This document shows positions 38,916-51,428 of a stretch of DNA of 64,000 bases, one piece after another. A model generated the notes under the pieces. That model was not told where the DNA came from and made no database searches. It saw only the letters and a program-made list of their open reading frames with translations. The stretch covers positions 3,769,119-3,833,118 of the forward strand of contig MU004230.1 of assembly GCA_010405405.1 (NCBI GenBank). Reading direction: 5' to 3'. The translations under genes were made by a program, and so were the position numbers. Every line of letters starts with the position of its first letter. Position 1 is the stretch's first letter. Source of the stretch: Microthyrium microscopicum. Lineage: Eukaryota.

Positions 38916-40588
38916 ATGACCATGGATTCCACCCATAGACATCCCCCTCATATGCCTCAGGGACATGGTCAAGGCCAGTCTCTACCTCCCATTACCTCCA
39001 TCACAGCTATCACAGATCAACACACTCCCCTTCCCTCTGCTGAGATGTCTCCACTCCCCTTTCGCACCACTACTCAGGCCCCTGATCGTGATTCCGGTAA
39101 CTGGTCTGCAAGCAAGCGTGAGTTTTCCGCCCTATTATATATTGTATGACCAACTGATAGTCCCACAGACTCTTCGGGGGTATCCAACATTGGATTTCCA
39201 CTCACTTCCATCCTCAACGCCGAGGACTCTCCCTCACGGAACTCGATCCCAAATTCGATACCTGAAACCCCACACTCTGCCAAGCTCAGTGGCCAGGCAA
39301 GTGTTCCCTCATCGATTCAAGTTTTCTTTGACTAATACGTCACGTATAGACTCTACCTTCTCTCACTCAACCATTCGACCCCCGTGGAAGTATAGACGCT
39401 GCGTCGTATCTTGATTCTTCACGTCGTAGTAGTGTCGACAGCCGCGTTTACAAGGACATGACACACCTACAAATCAGTCCATCCACTGGCGCACCATACG
39501 ACAATAGCCAAAACGTCTCGAGATCTTCTCTGGTGTCAAATTTACAGCAACAACGTGGCATATCAGATGGCCGAAATTCCCTTCCAAACCCAAACCCTCT
39601 GTCTCCACTAGGACAACGAAATGGCGTACGCTCACTGAATGCTCCTCCTCGTCGAGCCCCGACGATCAATCCGAATCCTAGAAATATCCCGGATATGCCA
39701 AATCCTACCGCTGAAAATCCCACCAAGGGTTTTGCTTGGGCTTTTCCCGATTCGGCGCCAGCTCCACCAAGTGAGCATCAACGACGATCTAGTAGTGCGT
39801 CTGATGGCCGACCGTCTCGTCAAAACAGCTACGCGGCATCTGTTGGTAGTAGCATCTTCACCAATGATTCCGCACTTCCTGCTGGGCAAAAGAGATTTAG
39901 TGATCCCAATGGTACTGCAGGACCCATCTTTATTTTTGCTTGTCGCTAATTTTTTTAGGTGATATGCCCCACACTCATCACCATTCATTACAACATGCTT
40001 CAATGGGCAATCTACGTCCAGGTGAGCCAATGTCTGCAACCTCTCCAGCATCTGGAAGCTATAGCCGAACTCCAGAGCTCCGAATCAGTCACAAGATGGC
40101 TGAGCGGAAGAGACGTAGCGAAATGAAAGGTCTCTTTGATGACTTGAACAACATCCTTCCCACTACCGCTGGAGGCAAGTCCAGCAAGTGGGAAGTTCTC
40201 ACACGAGGTAAATATAATACCCTTCCACGACATCAGAGTCTAACTTATTTAAATAGCCATCGATCACATCAAAGTGACCAAGGCAGAGGTTGCCCGAGCC
40301 AGTCAATTTCGCGGTGATTTCGACCAAGTGCGTCGAGATAACGTAAATCTTCGCGATGAAGCACAAGCAATGTACCACCAACTCCGCAGAATGGATCCCA
40401 ACCAACCTCATGTCTATGGCAACTTCACCTCAACTCTAGCCGCTCATGATGGAGTGCCGCAGCAACCTCCCCCACCTCCACCACCAGCAATGAATCGTCC
40501 ACTTCCACCCATGCAAAATCAATGGCCTCAAGGCTCTAATTCCATGCAAGGCGTTGAATACCCCGGTCATGGTTTTGACCGTCGTTAG
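38916..40588 (+). CDS. bHLH transcription factor, ESC1/DevR/Hpa3-like (5 exons; second intron GC-AG)
   Basis: [34 protein letters not shown]...[16 protein letters not shown]. Introns 39118-39168, 39297-39349 (CAG|GCAAGT), 39912-39958 and 40208-40256 together give one open frame. Confidence 0.9.
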
Positions 40589-41684
40589 ACCCGACACTAG
40601 ATCACCTTTGGCTCACTGAGCCTCAAATCATCACACCCGCTTGTACTATTATCCAATCACCCTGTCGAATCCGGCTTTTTACGATGCAATGCACACTGGT
40701 CGTCTGGAAGGCGTCAAGGAGTCTAACTTCTTACATCGATACCCTCTAGAGCATACGCTCTAGACACCATATACGCGGCACCTTTGCCTCGTCTTGTTCA
40801 TATTTTATGCGCACCTTTTCGATTATCATGGCATCATGCTGAAATATCCTGGCTTCTTTCGAGTGTCATGCCTACTTGGCAACATTACTATCGGCCATGG
40901 ACTTTTTAGCCTTGGCATTCACGATCCAAAATACTAATCGCCTTTTCCTTTGTTACCTTCTACCCTGTTATCATTTTCCTTCGTTTATGAGAAAGAAAGA
41001 AAAGTCCTCGCTGTCTGCGTGTCGAGTGGAGGACAAAAAAGTGCGATAAACGTGTCTGCCAGCACAGCGAGTCTGCACTTTGAAAGATGGTTCCCAGGCT
41101 TGACTTGATTCCTGGAGGAGGAGTTGCATGTTTTAGTACCCGTGGCAGAACTGGAAGGAAAGTGTCCTTCATTGAGAGGCATTGACGCACCAGTATTCTA
41201 TCTGAATACTTCAAAAGCTTTGTGGTATCAAGTGCTGATAAGGCCTGAGATTGTGGTGGATCTGGGCGTTGCATTGAGCTAGGAATCAAATCATTCTTCA
41301 TAAAACTTTGGTGTCACGTGTGTGTTCCTTGTTGAAGTTTCTCATCTTTGTATTGGCTATGGTCGGGTGAGCTATCTAATTCCTTCTTGCTATACTAAAA
41401 TTCGTTAGTTCATGACTGCCAAACTGAAAGCAACAAACACGCTGTGCAGCCATTGAGTGCGATGGAAACCATAGCACTCGATCAGCAACGCATTCTATGA
41501 TAACCATCGAGTGAGGCGGGAGCTGGTCGCTCTGCAGGAAAGGTGATATTGGGCAGGGAAATCTTACAATGAGTGTGGTTACTGAGCGCCAGGCTCAGTT
41601 TGGACGGCAAGGCTGAAGAAATGCTCAGAGCCCAACGATAAGAAACCTCCTTTTCTGAACGGCCACTGAACTGCTCCGGCTGAG

Positions 41685-42032
41685 CTACTTGCTCTTTCGC
41701 TCCTTCCTCCATTCGTAGATAACCTTGTCCTCCTGTTCTTTCTCGAGTCTTTGTCTCTCCTTCTCCTCCCGACGCTCAGCTTTCTCTTTCTCCTTCTCCT
41801 GCCGCAAGAGTTCCTCCCCTCTCTTCCTGTCCTTCTCCTTCTTCATGTACCTCTCCTCCTTCGCTCTTTCCTTTGCCCTCTGCGCCTTCTGTTCCGGCGT
41901 TTTCTCCCTTGTCGAGACAAGATGGCCCCTCGAAGTCACTTTGGGTGGGCCCTGGAAGCTGTAGGTAGATAGCCATCAGTAAGAGTTTAAAGTTGTAGTT
42001 ATAGCAAGAAAGTTGACTTACAAAATATCCAT
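41685..42032 (-). CDS. Small charged (E/K/R-rich) coiled-coil or single-alpha-helix protein, 94 aa, 2 exons
   Basis: ACAATGG start. An 11-nt exon 1 and canonical intron 41959-42021 (GTAAGT...CTGAT...CAG) give MDIFFQGPPKVTSRGHLVSTREKTPEQKAQRAKE... Confidence 0.7.
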
Positions 42033-42648
42033 TGTAGAGCGAATCTTCCTGCTTTGGCTATATGAGTAGGTACTTAGCTCTATGAGAACAAGACGCGCGA
42101 GCAACGAAACATCCATGGGACAGGAGGATACTCTATTCTCAATGGGTTGACGGAATACATGGCCTGCTCCCGTCAAGTGCGATGGCTCCCATCAATGCTA
42201 GTATGTATTATGACTGAATGTCTCGCTTCCCATTGAATGCGTAGAATTTTCGGGGCCCCATCGGATGCGCTGGGAGTTACAGCATCTTCTCCTCTTGAAT
42301 TGCGATGGGAGGTGTCGCACTTGATGGGAGCATGCCATGTATTGTTCCGGTCCGTTGGTATGGTCATCATCAGATCAACTTACTCTCTAGTGGCAACGCT
42401 GCTGATTTTCTTGGTCGGTCTGTTGTCACTGTTGTATCTGTCTGAAGGGATGGATGAATAGTTGGCCTGAGATGTAAACTTGGTGGTTGGTAATTGACTT
42501 GTGCTTAGAGGGATCTACTGTAACCTGTACAGTGAGTGGTATGAATGATATCGTGGAATCTGATCATTATTCATTGACGGTATGGCGATATAAATATCAC
42601 AATTCTCCAAACGGAGTAGCTCTTGATGTGATTGTAGCCAACTACAAA

Positions 42649-44650
42649 TTATGGTGCACGAACTACACTTCCGTTTTCCTCTGTCACCTCTTTCTTGGTG
42701 TCGTTTTGTAGTCTGACTGCAACATTGTTCGTCATGTTCGAACTCACGTCCTTTGTTAGCAGCGCCGCGACAATCGACACTGCTGAGAAGCTGGCGGACG
42801 CAATGTAAACGTGGTGAAAAGCCTTGGTCCATGTTTGTTGCAACGCGAACCGCGCGGCGGAAAGTATCTCGTGTGTCATGCCTGGTAGCTGGCTGGCCCC
42901 AATGATGTTCTCGTTGATCAGTGAAGTTACCAACGGCGCAAGTGCTTTGACGGGATAGCCCAACGGTACAACGGCCGCGCCGATGCGCTGCCCGGCTTCG
43001 TTTTTGAGCGTTGAGTTGATCAATGTGGAGTAAACGGTGACAGCTACAGAGCCACCAACGGCACGAACGGCTCCAAGAATCAGCGTGGCCATGCCAATGT
43101 CTTCGTCAAGACAGGCTAGTTGAACGCAAACGATAAGGGAAACGGAGGTCCATCCGGTGCCAAACATGGAGAGAAATCCAATGCCCATGCCAAAACTCTT
43201 GGAGTGATTGCCGGTTGGTTGGATGAGGGCCAGTGAATAATCTGCGATTGTCTTAATGATCGTGCCGTAGATGAGACAGTGGTTGGTTTTGAAGAACTTG
43301 TGTTTGCCAATCAACATGCCAGCGAGAAATCCTCCGGCTGCGAGGGAGTAAGATTATGTTTTGCTTGATGGGGTTAGAAAACTTACCAGCACCACCAAAA
43401 CCCCCAGGTAATGATAGCAAGCCTACTTCGATAGGATTTCCTTCCCAGACCCCACGAACGAGCTGAGCCCAAAACACGGCCGCCGAGTACAGGCCTATTG
43501 AATAGTTAGAAGTACACTCAAAGAATAACTGGCAACAGCTGCTTACCCATTCCAGCAACGAAGTCGACCACCAGGAAAAGAACAAAAGTTCTAAACTTTC
43601 CAGAAAACAGTTCACGAGCCATGAAGGGCATAGTCGCAATCTTCCATTCCCAATACCAAAATCCAATCAATTCCACAATTCCGACGATTAGTGGTGCCAA
43701 AGTGATTGCGCTTGTCCATGCATGTTCTCCACCTAGAGAAATACCAACTAAGAGAAGAAGCAGTCCACTATTCAGCAGGAAAACACCACTCCAGTCGAGC
43801 TTAGCGAAGGCTTGTTTCTTGGTTTGATTGCCTAGACGAAGACCAGCCGAAGGCTTCACGATGTTAGTTCGTAAGTTCTCAGAGACGTTGCTCAATTGCG
43901 TGAAACTCACTGGATGATACCAGAACCATGTCAAGACAAAGCATATCACGTTCAAAGCCAATCCGATATAGAAGTTGATACGGAAGCCGTCCTTTCCGTG
44001 ATATGTCACCATTGCTCCTCCCATGAGCGCGCCAAACACACTCCATGGTAGAATGCTAAGATCTAGAATCGCCTGAGCTTTCCCGCGATGCTTATTCGGT
44101 ATGAGTTCTGACACAGCGGCGAGTGCAATTTGTTGACTTCCAGCTCCGAGACCAGCAATCACTGACGAAGCAATGATTGTAGGCGTGTCCTTTGCGCAAA
44201 TAGCGACGATGGCTGCTATCATTCCGATAATGCAACCAATAAGTACAAAATATCGTCGTCCAAAGATGTCACTTAGACCGCCAGAAAGTGGGAGCGCGAC
44301 TGATATGGTTATCGTGCTTGCACTGACTATCCAATTGTAATATGTCGTGGGACCTGTGCTGGTTAGAAGGATGAATTGAACAGGCACTGTAGAGAATCAC
44401 CAAGTACTTCGTCAATTGACTTTACTATTGAGCCAATTGTGGCTCCTTGCTGGAACGAAGTATTGTAAGAAAGTACCAAAGCAGCACACGCTAGCCATTT
44501 GGCCTTTGTCATCCTCCCATCGGGTGCATCTGTTTGTTCATCTTGCGATCGCGAGGTCTCACTGGCTTGTGATATTATTGGCTTCTCGTCGAATCCCTCA
44601 CCATTGGCAGCGCCATTTGAAGCTTCCAGGCTTTCTTTTCTAGTACTCAT
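42649..44650 (-). CDS. MFS transporter, TRI12/siderophore-transporter-like 14-TM efflux family (5 exons)
   Basis: GGLSDIFGRRYF motif A, SELIPNKHRG, many hydrophobic helices. Introns 44354-44400, 43854-43910, 43495-43546, 43338-43386. Confidence 0.9.
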
Positions 44651-45673
44651 TTTGGTTCAAAATATCGCATCACCATACACTACATGGAGGTGGGGAACTC
44701 AAAGAAGATATACCGATCTCAAGTGTCAAGGATTAAGCGAACTTGGACTGACTTGCGCCCGTAGAATTGCAGATCACAGCCCCAAGCTATCGTCTGAATG
44801 ACCCGATATTTCCAGAGACTCGTACCTTTTACAGGCCATTACTGGCTCTCCACATTCCTACTGCATAGTTCTTAGCAACACATTGGACATCACAATGTGG
44901 ATGTGCCCAGGGATTCTGCGCACCCCGCTCTTGTTACTCTTTGCCGAGAGGTGATGCAAAAAATGGCATACCAGTCAACAACTCGAAATCTTAGGCAAAT
45001 ACAAAGGAAACTTGACCTACGAAGGAGAAAGTAGTAGCGTGGGGAATAGTATTACATACGGTTTGAGACAACCGTGCCCTCTCACGTATTCCTAACGTCC
45101 AATTGTACCGAATCTACAACGAGAGTAGAGCCGCGAACCTGGACGAAATATATTGAGTCAACTAATTAAAGTAACACTCATAGTATTTCGATTCTATCCT
45201 GGTGTTCGGAGCCTGTTCTGCCAATCATCGCGCGAACCTGAAAAGGTATAGTTAATACTACGGTAGAAGTATTCATCGCTAGTAGACACTCGAGCCCTGT
45301 CTGTGTCCTACCAGAAATGCAGTTGCTAGGGTGTCATAAACCAGTCTGTTTTCGTCGTAGAATGCTCTCTTTACGTCCTAGCCGGATGTTTTTGACAATT
45401 TCATGGCAGAAGAATATCCACAAGGCATACTATACGTCCGAAGTACCGCAAGGTCTTGAGGCTTTGCTTCTTTGTGACTTTTCCATCAAACAGTCACGAA
45501 TTTCGAACGTCCCACATGGGCCACATGAGAAGTCTAGCTTTCTGTGAATGGGAGACTTTTTTCTCGTTGTGGACTTAGACATGTGTGTGGCGACCATGAT
45601 CTCCGTGGGGTTATCGGCGTCAAGTTCGAGAAGCTTTGATACTTGGAATGATGTTCATGGTATTAATCACACC

Positions 45674-46633
45674 TCAGCCATCCCTTTTCAAGCTCACCCA
45701 CATGCTGTCAACGATTTGAAATACGGCCGTAACTGCACGAGAGACTTCTTCATCAAGTCTCAATCCAGGAATACGTTGCTGCATTTTATCCGGATGCCAT
45801 CTTACTCGTTCGAGTTTGAGTAAGGTTCCTAGTTCGTTGGGCGGGTTTTTGCGAAAGAAAGCTTCCACTTCCTCCTTTGACACATCTTTTCGTCTACCAG
45901 TTTGGACTGGCCATGGTATCAATGCGTTGACTGAATCATCAGAGTCTTGGGAGTGATTCACCAAAGCCTCCCATTTCGACGTGTACCGCGACCAAGACTG
46001 TTGCCATCCTTGTTCCTTCTTTCGCTTGTTGCCTCGACGAAGCGCATCATCAATCAAAGAGTCGAAAGTCGATCGCTCTGAATGGAGTTTTTGTCGCTCT
46101 TCCTCCGCTTCTTTGTTTTTGCGTCTCTGCTCTTCTCTTAATCGCCGCTCCTCGATAAGATGTTGATGACTCTTCTCCCACATGCGACTTCTGACATACT
46201 CCGTATATTCCTCATCAGTCATGCGCTCCAGCTTTCCTTCAGGTCCAGGTTTAGTGTCAGGATAAACATGAATAGGCTGGCCATATACGCCTTCCCAGTA
46301 TGCTGCGCCTTCATCATCCGCTAATGCATCAAAGAGTGATTCTCTAAAGGCGACATCCGGGTCCTGAAATTGAGTGCTTCGGGAGTTGGGCAGGTAGGTG
46401 TCATCGTATGCACTTGGATCGTCGCCTAGAGGCTTTCTCGAAGTTCTTGTGCGCTTTTTATGGCGTGGCGAAGGAGAGCGGTTGCGCCGCCGTTTGCCGT
46501 GTTTTCTATGTTCTGATCCGGAATGTGTTTCTGAGCGGTCACGATCTGCGCGTGAACTTTTGAACCTGAATTTGGACTTCCGACTTCCTGTGTTTTCGTC
46601 TGCTGATTTTGGTTGATCAAAATCATCCGCCAT
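45674..46633 (-). CDS. NFKBIL1-like conserved protein (C-terminal IPWP...RVRWHPDK domain), 319 aa
   Basis: Long intronless ORF; RS/basic N-terminus; AFRESLFDALADDEG; LIPWPV and LLKLERVRWHPDKMQQ motifs. Confidence 0.8.
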   Translation of the reverse strand: MADDFDQPKSADENTGSRKSKFRFKSSRADRDRSETHSGSEHRKHGKRRRNRSPSPRHKKRTRTSRKPLGDDPSAYDDTYLPNSRSTQFQDPDVAFRESLFDALADDEGAAYWEGVYGQPIHVYPDTKPGPEGKLERMTDEEYTEYVRSRMWEKSHQHLIEERRLREEQRRKNKEAEEERQKLHSERSTFDSLIDDALRRGNKRKKEQGWQQSWSRYTSKWEALVNHSQDSDDSVNALIPWPVQTGRRKDVSKEEVEAFFRKNPPNELGTLLKLERVRWHPDKMQQRIPGLRLDEEVSRAVTAVFQIVDSMWVSLKRDG

Positions 46634-46873
46634 GATGGCTTGTATTTGGTAGAAGGTTACCGCAGAGCATGGTCTACCGTAGGATGTTGAAAGGTTTGAA
46701 GGGCGAAGGTCATGTACCTCTAGTGGCTTAGTAAGCCGGAGCCTCCTACTTCACCTCGAATGCTCTGATGCCTTCACGTTAGGACTTTTACCATAGCCGG
46801 TCTCCCAATCCTCAACAAAATTCTTTATGACGGATCAGTCAAATTCAGCATCTCGGATATTCCATCACATGCC

Positions 46874-47983
46874 ATGTCATTAAAGTTTGGGTTCGGCGCG
46901 AAGAAGAACGCCACACTCCCTTCGCGCAAGCCAGCCGCAAAAGTTTCAGCATTTGGACAAGACGACTCTGACGATGACGCGTCCAACAAGCTTGATGACC
47001 TGTCCAAGCCAGGGAAATTTTCCAAGAAGCCAAAACTCCCAATCTCACAATTTGGCGATCTGTCCGCGAAACGATCACATCAAAAGAACCTAGACAAGGC
47101 CTTGGAGGTGGACCCGTCAATATACGATTACGATGCCGCGTACGACGCACAAAAAGCTCGAGACGACGCAAGAAAGGCAGTGGAACGGGAAAAAGCCGAA
47201 GATGGCAAGGCAAAATATATGGGCAACCTTCTGGCAGCTGCGGAAGTGAGGAAAAAGGATCAATTGCGAGCCAAAGAGAAATTACTTCAACGTGAGCGCG
47301 TGGCCGAAGGAGAAGAGTTTGCGGATAAGGACAAATTCGTTACTGGGGCATACAAAAGACAACAGGAGGAGCTGAGGCGGTTGGAAGAGGAGGAGAAGCG
47401 AAAAGAAGAACGGGAGGAGGAAAAGAAAAAGAAAATGGGAAGCCAAGTTTTCTTCCGAAATTTCTTAAACGAACAAGACGGTCGATATCAGGATGATGCC
47501 GCTGCTACCAGCGAGGCACAAAAACAAGGTCTCAAGGGAGCAGATTCAGAGGCAATCAAGAAAACAGATGTCGATATCGCAAAGGAGCTCAACTCAAAAG
47601 GAGCCAGCATCACTCTGACGGACGATGGCGAGATTGCAGACAAGCGACAACTGTTATCAGCGGGCTTGAATGTTGTAGCGAAGCCAAAACCACCTCCCTC
47701 ACCAAAGCCTAATGCAAGTCAATCTGTAGCTTCAAAGCAGATTAGAGAAGACAAGTCGCTTGGAAAATTATCAGCTCGAGAACGGCAATCTCGAATGGTA
47801 GAAACTCAGATGGAACAGCTTCTCAAACGGCAAGCTGATGAGGAAGCCGATGAACTGCGGAAGAAAGAACACACAGCCAAAAGCCAGAAAACTGATGCTA
47901 CCATTAGCAGCGCGCGTGAGAGATATCTTGCTCGTAAAAAAGCTGCCGAAGAGGCTAAATCTACCCCGGGAAAAGACGCCTGA
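46874..47983 (+). CDS. NSRP1/CCDC55-like (DUF2040) nuclear speckle splicing regulator, 369 aa
   Basis: ALEVDPSIYDYDAAYD, KYMGNLL, EREAEG-like ERVAEGEEFADKDKFVTGAYK, C-terminal ARERYLARK. Confidence 0.88.
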   Translation: MSLKFGFGAKKNATLPSRKPAAKVSAFGQDDSDDDASNKLDDLSKPGKFSKKPKLPISQFGDLSAKRSHQKNLDKALEVDPSIYDYDAAYDAQKARDDARKAVEREKAEDGKAKYMGNLLAAAEVRKKDQLRAKEKLLQRERVAEGEEFADKDKFVTGAYKRQQEELRRLEEEEKRKEEREEEKKKKMGSQVFFRNFLNEQDGRYQDDAAATSEAQKQGLKGADSEAIKKTDVDIAKELNSKGASITLTDDGEIADKRQLLSAGLNVVAKPKPPPSPKPNASQSVASKQIREDKSLGKLSARERQSRMVETQMEQLLKRQADEEADELRKKEHTAKSQKTDATISSARERYLARKKAAEEAKSTPGKDA

Positions 47984-48900
47984 GCAAGGGATGAATAATA
48001 CGACCAAATCTATGATACCCCCTGTGTAGACTATGCAAGATACACAATACTATTTTGCTAAATCAAGCTAACCAACACACGCGCCATGGACCTTCAATTC
48101 AACCCTCAACGGGTCAACAACAAAAATGCCACGCGCCCATTGAGTGCGATATTTCCCACCACACCTTATAAAGATCATACTCTTTAATCCCCATCGTATT
48201 TGATAATCAACCATATTTTCCAGCCACTTGACGGGAAGTAAGAAGGTCGACAACGAACTGCCGCGGCTTGGAGCGGAAGTAGCTAATGGGAGCACGCCGT
48301 TTATTCTAACTGTTGGTCGAAGTGTCAATGATGATGATCGACTGAGGCTTAGAAGGATACCACGCGAGCAAAATAAATTGACCCTATGTGTGGCTTTGCG
48401 ATCGAAAAGGTGGCAAATATCCCGCCTTATAGTGTTATGAGCAGAGCCCTATGAGGATGATCTCAGCCTCAACAAGACAGCATTGCTCTAGGATGTTTGT
48501 GAAAACACTATCCGGACCACAAGATTTGGTGGTACGTAACGTTCCTCTGCACAGTAATTGAGGGATCTGCTGTTGACAATGACGGTTTACTGGGTGTTCA
48601 ATCCTTGGGATTTGTGGATCTCGATCCTGTATGATCCCGATCAGCCCACAAGTAATGAATTGATGATGTTTTAGAAGCACATCTTCCTCCTGGCAGGAAG
48701 CAAGAAATAATCACAAAGTATATCATTGCAAGGTAAGAAATTGCATAGAAATCCTGTGCGTATACATCCTTCTGTATGTGTCTGTATATAAGAATAAATC
48801 ACCAAGGCTTCTCCTGGCATTGATCCCTAAGCCTTGTATTCTTACCAACAAATATCAGTTTCCAGATAACTATCAAAGAGACAAATTTCGTTCTAGAAAT

Positions 48901-49071
48901 ATGCAATTCCAAACTTCTCTCTTAGTCATTGCCATGGCTTCATGTCTAGCCCACGCCTCCATTCTAAAGCCTCGAAGCACATTAAGTACCGTGGTAGCTC
49001 GGAGCACGGTCAATCCACCGATACCTCGTATCACTGTACATCCAGTTACTCCCCGGGACGTCGAATATTAG
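48901..49071 (+). CDS. Candidate small secreted peptide (56 aa) or truncated relic of a longer secreted protein
   Basis: MQFQTSLLVIAMASCLAHA is signal-peptide-like. TATATAA at ~48785. Orphan intron-like segment 49131-49183 lies downstream. Confidence 0.45.
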   Translation: MQFQTSLLVIAMASCLAHASILKPRSTLSTVVARSTVNPPIPRITVHPVTPRDVEY

Positions 49072-49453
49072 ACTTGCAATGTCTTTCATGAACACCATAC
49101 TGTCACTTGAATGTTTAAGCAAGAAGCAAGGTAAGATTTGACTTAACCATGTACGTAGAACGTTTAGCTTACACTGTATTCAGTCTGCAATTATGAATTA
49201 CACAAGAGGTGATGACTGTTGGGAGGATTCGACCGTTTCATGTGAAGTAGTTCTATGTTTAAACTACAAGAATGTAAAACTCCAATGATGATTTTGTCTT
49301 CAGAATGAGAAATGGATACTATCGAGGGGGAGTAGCCATTTTTCTTACAATCTTGAGGGACAAATTATGCGAAAGTCGTAGAAGAGGTTTAATGCGATAT
49401 ATTTCTATCACTGGAAGGGTATATATGATTTTAGCTTCAGCTACTACACCACT

Positions 49454-51428
49454 TCACAAGTCCAAATTCCAATCTGGACCTGGATACTGTTCTCGCCACG
49501 CTGCACCTTTCAACATGAGAGCCACCATGGGCACAAAGCAAGCGACTTGAGCGCAAGCATACACAAGCCAGGCTGTCTGAACACCAAACCTAAACAAGAA
49601 ATGAAAGTTGTAGAAACCCAAACAGAATGAAAACATCTGTCTGCCAAAATTGAGTATTGTGGCAGTTTCTGACGTTTGTCTTGGGTAGCACTGCGATGAT
49701 TAGTTGTATGAACATTTACTGGCTGTCAGATAGTGCTTACCTCAGCGGTGTAGGCATATGTGACTGTTGTGATGATTTGAAAGCCTGCACTTGCGATTCC
49801 AATTCCTAGGCCGGGGCCGACCCAGTGCGTTCTGTGTTGCAAACAGAGTGCCTCGATGATTAGGCCTGTAGGTGCTAATATCACGCCTGGAAGCATGGCG
49901 TATAGTCGGTCTTCGGGAATGCGTTTGCCACTCCTGTTCACTGCTCGTCGTTCTGTGACCCAGTCGGAAAACCCTCCGGCACCGAATTCACCTAGCCATG
50001 AACCAAATGTCATAGGGAGCCCGAGGAGCAGGCCAATTTGCCAAGTACGGAAGTTGTAGTAGTGGTGGAAGAGGACGGAGGAGGTAGTGAAGAAGATGAA
50101 GTTGGCGTAGCCGGAAGTCACGGCGTAGTATATGGACGGTAGAACGATACTTGGATACCGGAGCATCATGAATGGACGCAAAAAGGCACCAGTGTCCAGC
50201 TTGCGGCCATCCTCACGCTTTTTACGCAGATACTCGCGCTGGTAGAGCGTCATATTTGGCCGAGAGAGACTGGCGACATTGCGGGAGTAGAGTGTTTCGG
50301 GAAAGGTTGCAGCAACAACAATAAAGACGATACCGGCAGCAATAGCGGGAATGTAGAAACACCAGTGCCAATTGATGCCTTTGTAGATGTAGCCGCTAAG
50401 CGTTGGGCCCATGTGGGCGCCAGTGATTTGGACAACCATATAGATGCCCAAGTAAAAGCCGCGCTCGTGTTGGTAAAACAGGTCGCAGACGATTACACTT
50501 CCAAGGCCGATGGGGATGGCAGCAAATGCTCCGTTGACACATCGAGCTATGATGATCATGATATAGGAGCGTGAGAGTCCCGACATTGTTGCCGTGGCAG
50601 CAGTGCCTAGCAGTGAGGCAATGAGGAGTGGACGACGGCCTATTCGCCCAGAGAGGGGATTCCAGAGGAATGGTGCTACACCCATGAGAGCAATGTAGGA
50701 ACCAATTGTATAGGAGGCTCGATTATATGTAACGCCAAAGTACTTATGCAAAGACCATAATGCAGAGGACTAGAGAGATTAGTGTGTGCTGATGACTTTG
50801 AGGGGTGGGGTCTTACAATGTCCATGGCGAGAAATTGGGAAAGGAAAGACATGAGAGATATAAGAATGAGAATGTTGACTTTTCGCCGTTGGTCCCAAGT
50901 TAATGGATCATTGTCGTCAGGCACAGGCTGCGGTTCGAGAGGAAGTCCAAAGGGATCTAGTTTTGTTGGTCTTCGAGGAGGCATTTGGAAGTGTAGGCTT
51001 GCTGGGTCGAAGCCCTTGTCATCGTCAAAAGGTGAGAGTGGTTCAGGACTGAGCTCTCCAGAAGACCAAGATTTCTTTTCGTAGATTGCATTTTCGTTTA
51101 TAGTAGAGAGATGCGCGTCTTTGACTGATGTTGGAGGACCAGTACTTATTGAAGGTTGGTCTAAGAGTAACGAGTGGTTTGAATGGCTCGGTTGATCTTG
51201 TAGTGGAATATCTTCTGTTGTAATCCGTTGGTCTATTGAAGCGATACCCGGCAGACTTTGGTTTTGTTGCCCCGTTATTGTCGGTCGAAAAAACTCGTCA
51301 AGACGATTCGACTCTGTCCGTCTAATAGCAATTTCTCCCATGGGACGAGCATCGCTCGCTCGGATATGATACGCGTTCCGGCGAGCATTTTGAGGACGCG
51401 GAATATTGTTCGAGGAAGTGGAGGTCAT
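49454..51428 (-). CDS. MFS transporter, DHA1/HOL1-like (3 exons)
   Basis: PQPVPDDNDPLTW, PLSGRIGRRP, DLFYQHERG, PETLY and IPEDRL motifs. Introns 50770-50816 and 49691-49740. Confidence 0.9.

Noticed and set aside
42649..44650. Trichothecene or other secondary-metabolite cluster around the TRI12-like MFS
   Set aside because: No PKS, NRPS, terpene cyclase or P450 in the window; the neighbours are unrelated genes.
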